IMG/VR virus record: IMGVR_UViG_3300048907_000042
Length of the DNA: 48,368 nt
From: a virus
Direction: 5' to 3' (one strand)
A program made the translations under genes and the position numbers. Shown here piece by piece: positions 7,538-16,380 of this stretch. Positions within the stretch are counted from its first letter, which is position 1. The number at the start of each line of letters is the position of its first letter. The notes under the pieces are model-generated. The model saw only the letters and a list, made by a program, of their open reading frames with translations. It did not search any database and was not told where the DNA came from.

Positions 7538-7757
7538 AGTAGACGGGCGAACCCTGCAAATGGACTTCACCCTCGAGCGATACGCAGCAACGCACGACGA
7601 GCCTGCGTCCACTGAGATGTATGATATTGTTTACTATGTAGACGGTATCGCTGTGGACGAAGCCGATCTTTCCGATGAAATGCAGGAGAGGACTTATGCA
7701 CTTGCAGCCTCGGCCGAACAAATCCCGTGGAACTTCGGGCCTCCGGATGACTTCTGA
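7503..7757 (+). CDS. hypothetical acidic protein
   Basis: 84-aa ORF with a 35-nt overlap with the previous gene and a weak SD. Confidence 0.5.
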   Translation: MPTLKRYSGACEVDGRTLQMDFTLERYAATHDEPASTEMYDIVYYVDGIAVDEADLSDEMQERTYALAASAEQIPWNFGPPDDF

Positions 7758-7920
7758 GGATGCCAACGAGCTGGTCCGAGTTCGTACCCGCGCACAGTAC
7801 CAAGCGCAATCAGTACTCACCGGGTTGACCTTCCGTGATGGAAGCTCGGTGTGCCCGCCGCTCACCCTCGAGCAGGCATTCGACGTACTGTGGTGGTCAC
7901 GGCGCTACATCGTCACGTAA
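7747..7920 (+). CDS. hypothetical protein
   Basis: ORF 7675-7920 trimmed to ATG 7747, which overlaps the upstream stop. Confidence 0.45.
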   Translation: MTSEDANELVRVRTRAQYQAQSVLTGLTFRDGSSVCPPLTLEQAFDVLWWSRRYIVT

Positions 7921-7924
7921 GGAG

Positions 7925-7941
7925 CGTCCCAATTTGGGACA
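7925..7941. repeat. palindrome CGTCCCAATTTGGGACA, copy 3 (15-nt core exact)
   Basis: The core spans 7926-7940. It sits between AAGGAG (7919-7924) and ATG 7947. Confidence 0.95.
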
Positions 7942-7946
7942 CTACT

Positions 7947-8153
7947 ATGGCTACCCGCAAACGTGTAAGACCGGAATCTTTCCGGGGCCAACTCTGCACC
8001 CACGTGGCTAAGATCGCAGCGTTCTGTGATTGCGGCCACCCGGAGAAGGCCAAGCCACATGCAATAGCGTTGCAAAAAATGCTGATAGAACGGGGGTTGC
8101 TTGTTGACGTGCCCGCGCGCACGTGTGACAATGGACCCCACAGCGGCAAATGA
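7947..8153 (+). CDS. hypothetical protein
   Basis: ORF 7851-8153 trimmed to ATG 7947, 5 nt after the palindrome. Confidence 0.5.
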   Translation: MATRKRVRPESFRGQLCTHVAKIAAFCDCGHPEKAKPHAIALQKMLIERGLLVDVPARTCDNGPHSGK

Positions 8154-8234
8154 CGTACCACTCCCCGATTGCCTTCACCGCGCCGGGCCTGGGAGTATCT
8201 TCAAGGCGCATTCTGATCAAAGGACCACAAGACA

Positions 8235-8570
8235 ATGGGCACCATCTCTGCCAAGACCAAGGACCACCCGGAAAGCGTCACCGTCAACTACGACCTGCCG
8301 GAAACCGTGGAAGGCCTGATCGAAAAGTTCGGCGCTGAAGCCGTCGCTTCGGCTGCTGCCGACTCCTTCACCATCAGCATCCAGGCCCTGCTGCGCCGTC
8401 ACATCGAGAAGCCGCAGGACGAACTGCAGCAGCTGGCTGACGACTGGAAGCCGGGTGTCCGCTCGCCGGCCGTCCAGAAGACCGCCTTCGAGAAGGCCAC
8501 CAGCGCCCTGGGCAAGCTGTCCGACGAAGAGCGTGCCGAACTGCTGGCCCGCCTGCAGGCCGGCGCGTAA
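8235..8570 (+). CDS. small early protein, paralog family member C (C-terminal LSDEERAELLARL tail)
   Basis: 111-aa ORF carrying the shared tail motif. Confidence 0.65.
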   Translation: MGTISAKTKDHPESVTVNYDLPETVEGLIEKFGAEAVASAAADSFTISIQALLRRHIEKPQDELQQLADDWKPGVRSPAVQKTAFEKATSALGKLSDEERAELLARLQAGA

Positions 8571-8853
8571 TACCTACAGCCCTGCAACGGGGCTGTGGAA
8601 GGGCTGCATCTGATCCACGTGAAAGGTCAGGTGCAGCCATCCGCTAAGACTTCTTAGCCTTCAACACATTACGTCCTGCGTGTCCCGCGCAGGTTAATAC
8701 AGGCGGCATCCGGTGGCGGAAACTGTGCGTAGTGTGTTGTCGGGTAAGTGTTGAGCGACGGTGACCTCAGCATGTTACCAACACTGGTCGGGAGGACTCC
8801 CTCCGCCTCCCGGCCAGTGGCTTTACAACCTCACAATAAACAACGAGACAACT

Positions 8854-9747
8854 ATGATTCGCCAGCCCATGCTTGCGGCCAAGTCTACGGACTCGGACCT
8901 GAAGCGTCTGCAGTATCCCCTCCTTGTCTCTCCGAAAATCGACGGCATCCGTGGCACAGTTGTCAATGGACAACTCATGTCGCGTTCGATGAAGCCCATC
9001 CGAAACACTCATACCCAGCGACTGTTCGGTCGCCCGGAGTTTGAAGGGTTCGATGGCGAGCTGGTCGTCGGTAACGCTTGGGACAAAAATCTCATGCAAC
9101 AAACCAGCTCCGGCGTCATGAGTATCTCGGGTACTCCTGACGTGAAGTTCTTCGTGTTCGACAACTGGAAACTGCCGGCGACTTACGTCGAGCGTTACCA
9201 CTCACTGATTAGCAAGTGGGAGGAGTTGGACGAACTCGGTGTCGTTGTACTGCGCCACCTGATCGTAGACAGCTACGATGATCTGATGGCGAAAGAATCT
9301 CACTGGCTTGCCTGCGGTTACGAAGGTCTGATGATCCGTGACCCTAAGGGCAGGTACAAGGATGGCCGCTCCACCCTGCGTGAGGGTGGCCTCATCAAGG
9401 TCAAGCGCTTCACCGACGACGAAGCCACGGTCATCGGCTACGAGCCGTTGATGAGGAACGACAATGAACTCGAACGAGACGAACGCGGCTATGCTAAGCG
9501 CTCTCATAGCGCAGCAGGAAAAGTTGCGGACGATCTGCTCGGAGCTCTCCACGTCGTTGGAGCTGGCTCGTCTGTCAGCTTCAGCATTGGATCTGGATTT
9601 ACGGAGAGTCAAAGACGCGCTCTCTGGGATCGACGAGATGATCTCGTTGGTAAGATCGTCAAGTTCAAACACTTCGCGGTGACTGGTGTCAAGACGGTTC
9701 CGCGTATGCCTATTTTCCTTGGCTTCCGTGACCCGGAGGATATGTGA
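8854..9747 (+). CDS. ATP-dependent DNA ligase (minimal, about 297 aa)
   Basis: Ligase motifs are present: KIDGIRG (I), FDGELVV (III), EGLMIR (IV) and LIKVK (V). The ORF is trimmed to ATG 8854 (MIRQPMLAAKS), by analogy with minimal viral ligases. Confidence 0.85.
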   Translation: MIRQPMLAAKSTDSDLKRLQYPLLVSPKIDGIRGTVVNGQLMSRSMKPIRNTHTQRLFGRPEFEGFDGELVVGNAWDKNLMQQTSSGVMSISGTPDVKFFVFDNWKLPATYVERYHSLISKWEELDELGVVVLRHLIVDSYDDLMAKESHWLACGYEGLMIRDPKGRYKDGRSTLREGGLIKVKRFTDDEATVIGYEPLMRNDNELERDERGYAKRSHSAAGKVADDLLGALHVVGAGSSVSFSIGSGFTESQRRALWDRRDDLVGKIVKFKHFAVTGVKTVPRMPIFLGFRDPEDM

Positions 9748-10037
9748 GCAGACGAGTATTCGTACTCAACGATGGTGGGCATGACTACAGCGCGGCTGCT
9801 GAGTTCGGTGAGGTTATCGTGTGCAGTGAGGGGATGATCCCCAAGAACGACATTGCGCAGATGTTCCGCATCCTCAACCCGTACCTGGAGTTGTCCGAAA
9901 AGGATGACCTTATCGTCGTCGGGTCTCTGGCCTCGATGGTCGGAGTGGCATCGGCAATCATGGCTGGCCAGCACGGTGAGGTGCACTACCTCGTCTTCGG
10001 TAATGGCCGCTATGCAGTGAAGGACCTCATGGTATGA
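9744..10037 (+). CDS. hypothetical protein
   Basis: GTGA overlap with the ligase stop. 97 aa. Confidence 0.55.
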   Translation: MSRRVFVLNDGGHDYSAAAEFGEVIVCSEGMIPKNDIAQMFRILNPYLELSEKDDLIVVGSLASMVGVASAIMAGQHGEVHYLVFGNGRYAVKDLMV

Positions 10038-11155
10038 GTGACCTCGTTTGGAGCGGGGAACAACAGCGAGCTATCGATCAAGTAGTACAGTGGCACGCGA
10101 GTAAAAACCGCCCACAAATCTTCCGCCTGTTCGGCTACGCCGGTACGGGTAAGACCACCCTCGCCAAGTACATCGCTGACCAGATCGACGGTGAAGTTCT
10201 CTTCGCCTGCTTCACTGGCAAAGCGGCGCAGGTGCTGCGCAACAAGGGTTGTGTCGGTGCTGGCACGATCCACGGCCTGATCTACAAGCCAGTGTTCGAT
10301 CCGGTTACTGGCACTGTCGAGTTCATGCACAATCATGAGTCGCCGTTGTATAAGGCTAAGCTCCTGATCGTGGACGAAGTCTCGATGGTGGGTGAAGACC
10401 TCGCCGCTGACCTGCTGAAGTTCGGCTGCCCCATCCTGGTCCTCGGCGACCCGGCACAGCTTCCCCCGATCAAAGGCGCCGGTTACTTCACTGACGTCGA
10501 GCCGGACTTCATGCTCACCGAAGTCCATCGGCAGGCGGCTGAAAACCCGATCATCCAGGCTAGCATGGCGGTCCGCCTCGGCCAGCCCCTCCAGGCCGGA
10601 GCCACCGCAGCGGGCGCCGTCAACCTGGTGGACCGGAACAGTGTCATCCATGTAGGTGACTACTGTCTGTCCTTCGATCAAGTTCTGTGCGGGCGCAACG
10701 CGACTCGCCAGCGCATCAACAAGTTGGTACGCCGCCAGCTGAACCGGGCAAGTGATATGCCCGAGGTAGGCGACCGTCTTGTCTGCCTTCGCAACGACCG
10801 CACGAAGAACCTGTTCAATGGTTCCTTGTGGGAGGTTGTGAAGATCAAGAAGGGTCCTCGACAGGGCCGCGTCTACATGGACGTGAAGGCACTGGACGGT
10901 GACGAAGAATTGTACGTTGACGTAGAAGTTCTGGACGAGTTCTTCACCGGACACGATCAGGGCATTGACTGGAAGCGGCTGCGTGGTACTCAGCAGTTCA
11001 CCTACGGCTACGCACTGACCGTGCATAAGTCGCAGGGCAGCCAGTGGGACAACGTGCTGATCTTTGACGAGTCGACTGCGTTTGCAGATGATGCGCACCG
11101 ACACCTTTACACGGCAGTCACCCGTGCTGCTGTGTCCGTTACGGTAGTGAGGTAG
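10034..11155 (+). CDS. SF1 RecD/Dda-like DNA helicase
   Basis: Helicase motifs are present: GYAGTGKTT (Walker A), LLIVDEVSMV (Walker B), LGDPAQLPPI and TVHKSQGSQWDNVLI. Confidence 0.85.
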   Translation: MSDLVWSGEQQRAIDQVVQWHASKNRPQIFRLFGYAGTGKTTLAKYIADQIDGEVLFACFTGKAAQVLRNKGCVGAGTIHGLIYKPVFDPVTGTVEFMHNHESPLYKAKLLIVDEVSMVGEDLAADLLKFGCPILVLGDPAQLPPIKGAGYFTDVEPDFMLTEVHRQAAENPIIQASMAVRLGQPLQAGATAAGAVNLVDRNSVIHVGDYCLSFDQVLCGRNATRQRINKLVRRQLNRASDMPEVGDRLVCLRNDRTKNLFNGSLWEVVKIKKGPRQGRVYMDVKALDGDEELYVDVEVLDEFFTGHDQGIDWKRLRGTQQFTYGYALTVHKSQGSQWDNVLIFDESTAFADDAHRHLYTAVTRAAVSVTVVR

Positions 11156-11157
11156 TC

Positions 11158-11397
11158 ATGAGCAATGAGACTGTTGATCCGATTCAGGCGTACCGCTGGA
11201 TCGAGAATAAGTTTGACAAGATGAACCTGACCCCATCGCTGGATTTCCTCAGGGTGTTGGGTATCTCTGTCATTGACGGCGACGAGAACATGCCGCTGTC
11301 CTGGCATATCCGCAACCAGCTGGAGCGGGAAGCGAAGCGTCCGCATCTGCGTAACCCGCTTCCTGTCGCAGAGCCTGAGGTCAGTCATGACGACTGA
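11158..11397 (+). CDS. hypothetical protein
   Basis: 79-aa ORF with GAGGT upstream. Confidence 0.5.
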   Translation: MSNETVDPIQAYRWIENKFDKMNLTPSLDFLRVLGISVIDGDENMPLSWHIRNQLEREAKRPHLRNPLPVAEPEVSHDD

Positions 11398-12367
11398 CTT
11401 CACCAAGAACGCCGTCTGCTACGACAACACCAGACTGTCCGAGTTCAAGCGTTGCCCGCGCGCATTCTACATCCGTCATGTGATGGGTTGGAATACCAAG
11501 GGCACCGGCGACGCACTGGTGTTCGGCTCCTCGTGGCATGAAGGGCAGGACATTATCTGGAAGTGCGGCAAGATGTGGGGTGAAGGTCAACTCACCCAGC
11601 ATGACGTAGTTGAAATGGCCTACCAGAACTTCATGAAGTGCTGGGTGGAGAACGGCTTCCCCGAGGTGATGGACGAAGATGCTTTCGACCGACTCGGCGC
11701 ACGTACTCCGGGCACGGCCAAGGAGATGATGTGGAACTACATGACGGAACGTCAGCATATCCTGACGAACTGTAATGTCATCGGCATCGAGCAGCCGTTC
11801 GCAGTACCGCTGCCCGGAGTGGACAACACCTTCTACGTCGGCCGTCTCGACAAGTCGGTGGAGTACAATGCTGGTACCTACATCATCGAACACAAGACGA
11901 CCACGGCCTACGATGTGAAGAACGGTTTCCGTTCTGACTACATCGAAAGCTGGTTCGCGTCGTCGCAGGTGAAGGGCTACCAGTTCGGCGGCGGGTTGTT
12001 CTATCCCGGCCTGACAGGTGTGTGGGTGGATGCTGCGCTGGTCCACAAGAAGCAGCACGATCACTTCCGCTTCGTCCCGGTCTCGCACTCGCCCGTCCTC
12101 CTGATGGAGTGGCTGGAGAACACGCGCCAGTGGGTCGAGCAGGTGAACGAGTCTCGCCGACAGGCTGAGGCTGGGTACAAGCTGAGCAAGGCGTTCCCGA
12201 AGAACGAGGACTCCTGCTTCGGCAAGTTCGGCAAGTGTCCGTTCCTCGATATCTGCATGACCTGTGCAGACCCGAGAGAACTTCCCGGTCCGCCGGCAGG
12301 TTTCGAGGTATCCTTCTGGGAACCGTTCGATCTGCTTGGTCTGGACAAGTTGATCAAGGAGAAGTGA
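11387..12367 (+). CDS. Cas4/RecB-like PD-(D/E)XK exonuclease with Cys cluster
   Basis: GRLDK...IIEHKTT is a D..ExK-type core. The N-terminal Cys (FKRCPRAFY) plus the C-terminal CFGKFGKCPFLDIC suggest an Fe-S cluster as in Cas4/AddB. Confidence 0.8.
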   Translation: MTTDFTKNAVCYDNTRLSEFKRCPRAFYIRHVMGWNTKGTGDALVFGSSWHEGQDIIWKCGKMWGEGQLTQHDVVEMAYQNFMKCWVENGFPEVMDEDAFDRLGARTPGTAKEMMWNYMTERQHILTNCNVIGIEQPFAVPLPGVDNTFYVGRLDKSVEYNAGTYIIEHKTTTAYDVKNGFRSDYIESWFASSQVKGYQFGGGLFYPGLTGVWVDAALVHKKQHDHFRFVPVSHSPVLLMEWLENTRQWVEQVNESRRQAEAGYKLSKAFPKNEDSCFGKFGKCPFLDICMTCADPRELPGPPAGFEVSFWEPFDLLGLDKLIKEK

Positions 12368-12368
12368 G

Positions 12369-12659
12369 ATGCCCATCACCGAAGAGTCTGTCCGCCTGAA
12401 TGCTGAGGTTCTTCCTCAGCACATGCGGGAGGGGGCTGTCGGCTACGTCCTCTACGGATGGGAGCCGGGTAGTTTCCTGCAGGCAGTACTGCGCAACGAC
12501 CTGATCGACGCCGCAGCCAACGCTGATGACGTCAACAAGTACGCGTTGCACATGTGGGCTGTTTTCGTTTATAATGCTGTTCCGGCAGCAGCTCGCGGGT
12601 CGGCTGATGCTATCCGCCTGTGGCATAAGCAGGGGGGATTGCTCCGTGGCCAACGCTAA
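12369..12659 (+). CDS. hypothetical protein
   Basis: 96-aa ORF with AAGGAG upstream. Confidence 0.55.
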   Translation: MPITEESVRLNAEVLPQHMREGAVGYVLYGWEPGSFLQAVLRNDLIDAAANADDVNKYALHMWAVFVYNAVPAAARGSADAIRLWHKQGGLLRGQR

Positions 12660-13446
12660 GGACGCACGTGGTCACGCAGTCAAACGCATCCTCATGCTGG
12701 GTGACACGGGCGGAGGCAAGACCTCCCAACTCCTGACCCTCCCCGGCAAGAAGTTCGCATACCTGTTCGACTCGAACGGGCTGCTGTCCCTGCAGGGACA
12801 CGATGTGGACTACGAGGAGTTCCTGCCCGACCGCATCAACCTGTCCGCACAGTCCCTGTCGAAAGGCAAGGGCGACAAGAACTCCAACTACCAGTCCAAC
12901 CTGTACGCGGAATGGGAGAAGGACTTCAACAAGCGGATCGACTCGGGCTTCTTCGATCCGTACAGTGTCATCGCACTCGACTCGGCTACGACGTTCCTCG
13001 ATGCTATCATGGATCGAGTGCTGACGATCAACGGCCGCTACGGTGAAGTCCCCCAGCAGGATGACTACGGTCCTCAGATGCTGGCGTTTACGAACGTGGT
13101 CCGTCAGCTGGTCGCGCTGGGCAAGACGATCTACATGACTGGCCACATCGAAACGAAGCAGGACGAACTGACGAAGCGCATCTTCAACCGGCCTATGATG
13201 ACGGGCCGGCTGCGTGTCAAGATTCCGCTGCTGTTCTCTGAGATCTTCGTGGCCGATGCCTCGGAGTCGCAGGGCAAGGTGACCTACCGTATCCAGACTG
13301 CACCGGACCGGCTGAACACCACGATTCGTACTTCCATCAAGGGCCTCAACCCGTTCGAGGATGTGACTGTCGATTGGGATAAGGACCCTGTTGGACAGGG
13401 GCTGGGTGGCATCCTCGCGTGGGAAGCCAAGCAGCACAAAGCATAA
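12646..13446 (+). CDS. AAA_24-type P-loop ATPase (Sak4/RecA-like recombination-associated)
   Basis: GTG 12646. ILMLGDTGGGKTS (Walker A) and VIALDSATTF (Walker B-like). It is adjacent to a DUF669-like gene, as in many phages. Confidence 0.75.
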   Translation: MANAKDARGHAVKRILMLGDTGGGKTSQLLTLPGKKFAYLFDSNGLLSLQGHDVDYEEFLPDRINLSAQSLSKGKGDKNSNYQSNLYAEWEKDFNKRIDSGFFDPYSVIALDSATTFLDAIMDRVLTINGRYGEVPQQDDYGPQMLAFTNVVRQLVALGKTIYMTGHIETKQDELTKRIFNRPMMTGRLRVKIPLLFSEIFVADASESQGKVTYRIQTAPDRLNTTIRTSIKGLNPFEDVTVDWDKDPVGQGLGGILAWEAKQHKA

Positions 13447-13450
13447 CTGG

Positions 13451-13467
13451 TGTCCCAATTTGGGACG
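13451..13467. repeat. palindrome TGTCCCAATTTGGGACG, copy 4 (15-nt core exact)
   Basis: The core spans 13452-13466, 4 nt after the stop at 13444-13446. TGGGAC-N15-CGTC has the same geometry as R1 and R2. Confidence 0.95.
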
Positions 13468-13531
13468 CTAGTTAACCCCGCCGTCCACCTGCATCCGGCA
13501 GGCACGGTATCAACCAACCAAGAGAAAACAC

Positions 13532-14002
13532 ATGACCACTCTGAACGTCAACTTCGACGACGCCATCGAACCGCAGCCGCTGCCGAAGGGCAAGTACCCG
13601 GTGCAGATCACTGCCGCCGAGGAGAAGGCTTCCGGCCAGAACTCGAAGAACCCCGGCAGTCCGATGATCGTGGTGACTGCTGGCTTCACTGGCCCGTCGC
13701 CGGAAGAACAGAACGCGCCGACCGTGCGCCACTTCATCTCCCTGCCGCATGACAACGACGAAGCGAAGTCGGCCAACTTCAAGGTGCTTCTGCTGAAGCG
13801 TTTCATGCACGCGTTCGGTCTGCAGGCGTCGGGCAACGCAGATATCGACGTCGAGCAGCTGTGCTTCGACCTGGTGGGCCGCGAAGCCACCCTCGAAGTT
13901 TCGCTGTCGGAACCGAACGAGACCGGCGACGTGTACAACGGCCTCGTCATTCCTCGCATCCCGAACGAACCTGTCACCGGTCGCGGCGGCAAGCGCGGTT
14001 GA
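13532..14002 (+). CDS. DUF669-like putative ssDNA-binding protein
   Basis: 156-aa ORF with the family-typical N-terminus (..F.DA.E...LP.G.Y...I). It partners an AAA_24 gene and is followed by a strong terminator. Confidence 0.6.
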   Translation: MTTLNVNFDDAIEPQPLPKGKYPVQITAAEEKASGQNSKNPGSPMIVVTAGFTGPSPEEQNAPTVRHFISLPHDNDEAKSANFKVLLLKRFMHAFGLQASGNADIDVEQLCFDLVGREATLEVSLSEPNETGDVYNGLVIPRIPNEPVTGRGGKRG

Positions 14003-14014
14003 TCTGCCCTACCT

Positions 14015-14052
14015 CAGGGGACTTTCGAGTCCCCTGGGGTTTTCCCATTTTT
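14015..14052 (+). terminator. rho-independent terminator
   Basis: CAGGGGACT-TTCG-AGTCCCCTG forms a 9-bp stem with a tetraloop, followed by GGGTTTTCCCATTTTT. Confidence 0.75.
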
Positions 14053-14063
14053 GGAGATGCGCA

Positions 14064-14768
14064 ATGCTTCCTAACAACATCGCGGTGGTCGATACCGAAA
14101 CCACTGGCATGGAACCGGGCGATCAGGTGATCGAGTTCGCAGCGTACTACAGCACGGACTACGCATACATCGACAGCCTGTACGGGACGACCAAGAAAAT
14201 CCCGGCAGAGGTCTCGGCGGTTCACCATCTGCGGAACGAGGACGTGGCTGGGCTGCCGCTTTTCAGCGAGGTCGCTCCGCTGTTGCGCGACAACCTGCAC
14301 CGGCAGGGCGTCCGCGTTCTCGCGGCGCACAACGCTGAGTTCGATCGCAAGATGATGGGCGAGGAGTTCGCGGACTTCGAGTGGATCTGCACGCTGAAGG
14401 TGGCGATGCATCTCTACCCGGATATGCCGACCTACAAGAACGAAGCTCTCTGCTATGCGCTGGGCCTCGGTAAGCTGGGCCGTGCAGATCGCAACACTGG
14501 TCAGGCACACAGCGCACTGTTCGACGCCATGCAGACTGGCGCACTGCTGGATCACTTCCTCACCATGACCAGCGTGGAGCAGATGATCCAGTGGACGAAG
14601 GACGTGAAGAACATCACGCGTCTGCAGTTCGGTAAGCACAAGGGCAAGACGTGGGACCAGGTTGATTCCGGTTACCTGATCTGGATCAAGGGCAACATGG
14701 ATGACCCTGACATGGTCGAGCTGGCCAAGCGTGAGATGGACCGGCGCGGCTTCGGAAAGAAGAAGTAA
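14064..14768 (+). CDS. DnaQ-like 3'-5' exonuclease with C-terminal KTW/DUF3820-like domain
   Basis: ExoI VVDTETTG, ExoII AAHNAEFD and ExoIII HSALFDAMQT are present. The C-terminus reads FGKHKGKTWDQV..YLIWI. Confidence 0.8.
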   Translation: MLPNNIAVVDTETTGMEPGDQVIEFAAYYSTDYAYIDSLYGTTKKIPAEVSAVHHLRNEDVAGLPLFSEVAPLLRDNLHRQGVRVLAAHNAEFDRKMMGEEFADFEWICTLKVAMHLYPDMPTYKNEALCYALGLGKLGRADRNTGQAHSALFDAMQTGALLDHFLTMTSVEQMIQWTKDVKNITRLQFGKHKGKTWDQVDSGYLIWIKGNMDDPDMVELAKREMDRRGFGKKK

Positions 14769-14786
14769 TCAACCCCGGAGTAACCA

Positions 14787-15017
14787 ATGCAACTCTCTGA
14801 TCTGATCAAGCCGCTTGACCAGATGACCGACGATGAACTGCGGGAACACCTCAGTAAAATTCGTCACAGTCGGACGAAAGCAAAGCCGGCTACCGTCAAC
14901 CGTGAGAAGCGGGCTGCAAAGAAGGGAGCGACCGGAAGGATCAGCAAGGTAGACGATCTGTTCGGTGGCTTGTCCGACGAAGAAAAAGCTGAACTCATCA
15001 AACAACTCGGAGGCTGA
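14787..15017 (+). CDS. small early protein, paralog family member D (C-terminal LSDEEKAELIKQL tail)
   Basis: 76-aa ORF with GGAG upstream. The tail is nearly identical to member B at both protein and DNA level (atcaaacaact). Confidence 0.6.
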   Translation: MQLSDLIKPLDQMTDDELREHLSKIRHSRTKAKPATVNREKRAAKKGATGRISKVDDLFGGLSDEEKAELIKQLGG

Positions 15018-15019
15018 CC

Positions 15020-16369
15020 GTGGCCAAGCAACTGATGGAAGGCGAGCGCAAGGACAAGATGCGCTATGTAAAGCTCGGCGAAATCACTGTCGAGGATCGT
15101 GCCCGTGAGGACTATGGGGACCTCGAAGAACTCATGGAGTCGATCAAGGAGAAGGGCGTACTCCAGCCCATCACCTTGGCACTGAAGGATGACGGTACGC
15201 TGAAGCTGCTGGCAGGTGGCAGGCGTTACGAGTCGTCGCTGCGTCTGGGCTTGCCCACGGTGCCGGCTATCATCCGTGAGGGTGAGACGGAAATCACTGA
15301 GCTGGAAATCGAACTCATCGAGAACGTCCATCGCAAGGACTTCACGTGGGTGGAGAAAGCCAACCTCACTGATCGCATCGACCAGCTGTACAAGTCGAAG
15401 GATTCCAACTGGTCAGGTCGCAAGACCGCGATCCTGATCGACCGCAGCAAGTCTGACGTCAACCGGGACATTCAGCTGGCGCGTGCCATGACTGTGATTC
15501 CCGAACTCGGGGAGTGCAAGACTGCCGATGATGCCCTCAAGCGCCTCAAGAAAATCGAAGAAGGTGCGGTCGTCGACCTGCTCCGCAAGCGTCAGGCAGA
15601 GCGCATCGAGACTGTCGAAACCGACAACTCCGGCAACGGGCTTGACAAGGGCATTGCAGCTGCTCTCCGCGTCGCCGACTCAGCCTACATTGTCAAGGAC
15701 TGCTTTGAAGGAATGGCAGGACTCAAGACGAACGGAAGCATCCAGATCATTGAGTGCGATCCGCCTTATGGTATCGAGCTGAACGAACAGAAGGCAGGTA
15801 AGGATTCCGTTACCTCCACCGTGACCGGCTACAAGGAGGTTGAGCGTGACGAGTACGCAGGGTTCCTCAAGAAGCTCGCCGAGGAACTGTTCCGGGTTGC
15901 GGGTAAGGATTGCTGGCTGGTGTTCTGGTATGGCCAGACTCACCATCAGCTGGTGCTGGAATCCCTGCGCGCTGCTGGCTGGCTGGTGGATGAAATCCCT
16001 GCTGCTTGGGTTAAGCCCAATGGCCAGACTCTTCAGCCAGAACTGTACTACGCCCGCTGCTGGGAACCCTTCTTCCTGTGCCGCAAGGGCAAGCCCGTCA
16101 TGGCTGAACGTGGACGTAGCAACGTCTTCCAGTTCAACGGAGCAAGCAACAAGTACCACCCCACTCAGCGACCGCTCGATCTGATCGAAGCGATCTTCAA
16201 GACCCTGAGCGTGGGCAATGAACAGGTATTCGTACCGTTCCTCGGCAGCGGAGCGACGCTGCGGGCAGCCTTCAACATGGGTTTGAGGGCGTTTGGGTAT
16301 GACCTCGACGGCAAGTACAAGGACAAGTTCATGCTGGCAGTCGAGGAAGATACTCGCGAAAACTTCTAA
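15020..16369 (+). CDS. ParB-like N-terminal domain fused to beta-class N6/N4 DNA methyltransferase
   Basis: LQPITL...GGRRY (ParB-N), then IECDPPYGI (motif IV) before FVPFLGSGAT (motif I). Confidence 0.85.
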   Translation: MAKQLMEGERKDKMRYVKLGEITVEDRAREDYGDLEELMESIKEKGVLQPITLALKDDGTLKLLAGGRRYESSLRLGLPTVPAIIREGETEITELEIELIENVHRKDFTWVEKANLTDRIDQLYKSKDSNWSGRKTAILIDRSKSDVNRDIQLARAMTVIPELGECKTADDALKRLKKIEEGAVVDLLRKRQAERIETVETDNSGNGLDKGIAAALRVADSAYIVKDCFEGMAGLKTNGSIQIIECDPPYGIELNEQKAGKDSVTSTVTGYKEVERDEYAGFLKKLAEELFRVAGKDCWLVFWYGQTHHQLVLESLRAAGWLVDEIPAAWVKPNGQTLQPELYYARCWEPFFLCRKGKPVMAERGRSNVFQFNGASNKYHPTQRPLDLIEAIFKTLSVGNEQVFVPFLGSGATLRAAFNMGLRAFGYDLDGKYKDKFMLAVEEDTRENF

Positions 16370-16380
16370 GGCAGGTAGTC

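Noticed and set aside
8748-8853. An N-terminal extension of the ligase (start 8761), and ORF 8748-9044.
   Set aside because: The extension (MTSACYQHWSGGLPPPPGQW...) has no counterpart in minimal ATP-dependent ligases, whereas MIRQPMLAAKS...SPKIDGIRG aligns from ATG 8854. The other ORF is out of frame with ligase motifs.
5980-15017. The C-terminal Gly-Gly of paralogs B and D (..QLSGG*, ..QLGG*) as a ubiquitin-like conjugation tail.
   Set aside because: The GG codons coincide with the GGAGG Shine-Dalgarno of the downstream coupled genes (GTG 6007 and GTG 15020). Members A and C end differently (..KLTA, ..QAGA). The diglycine is more simply explained by SD overlap.
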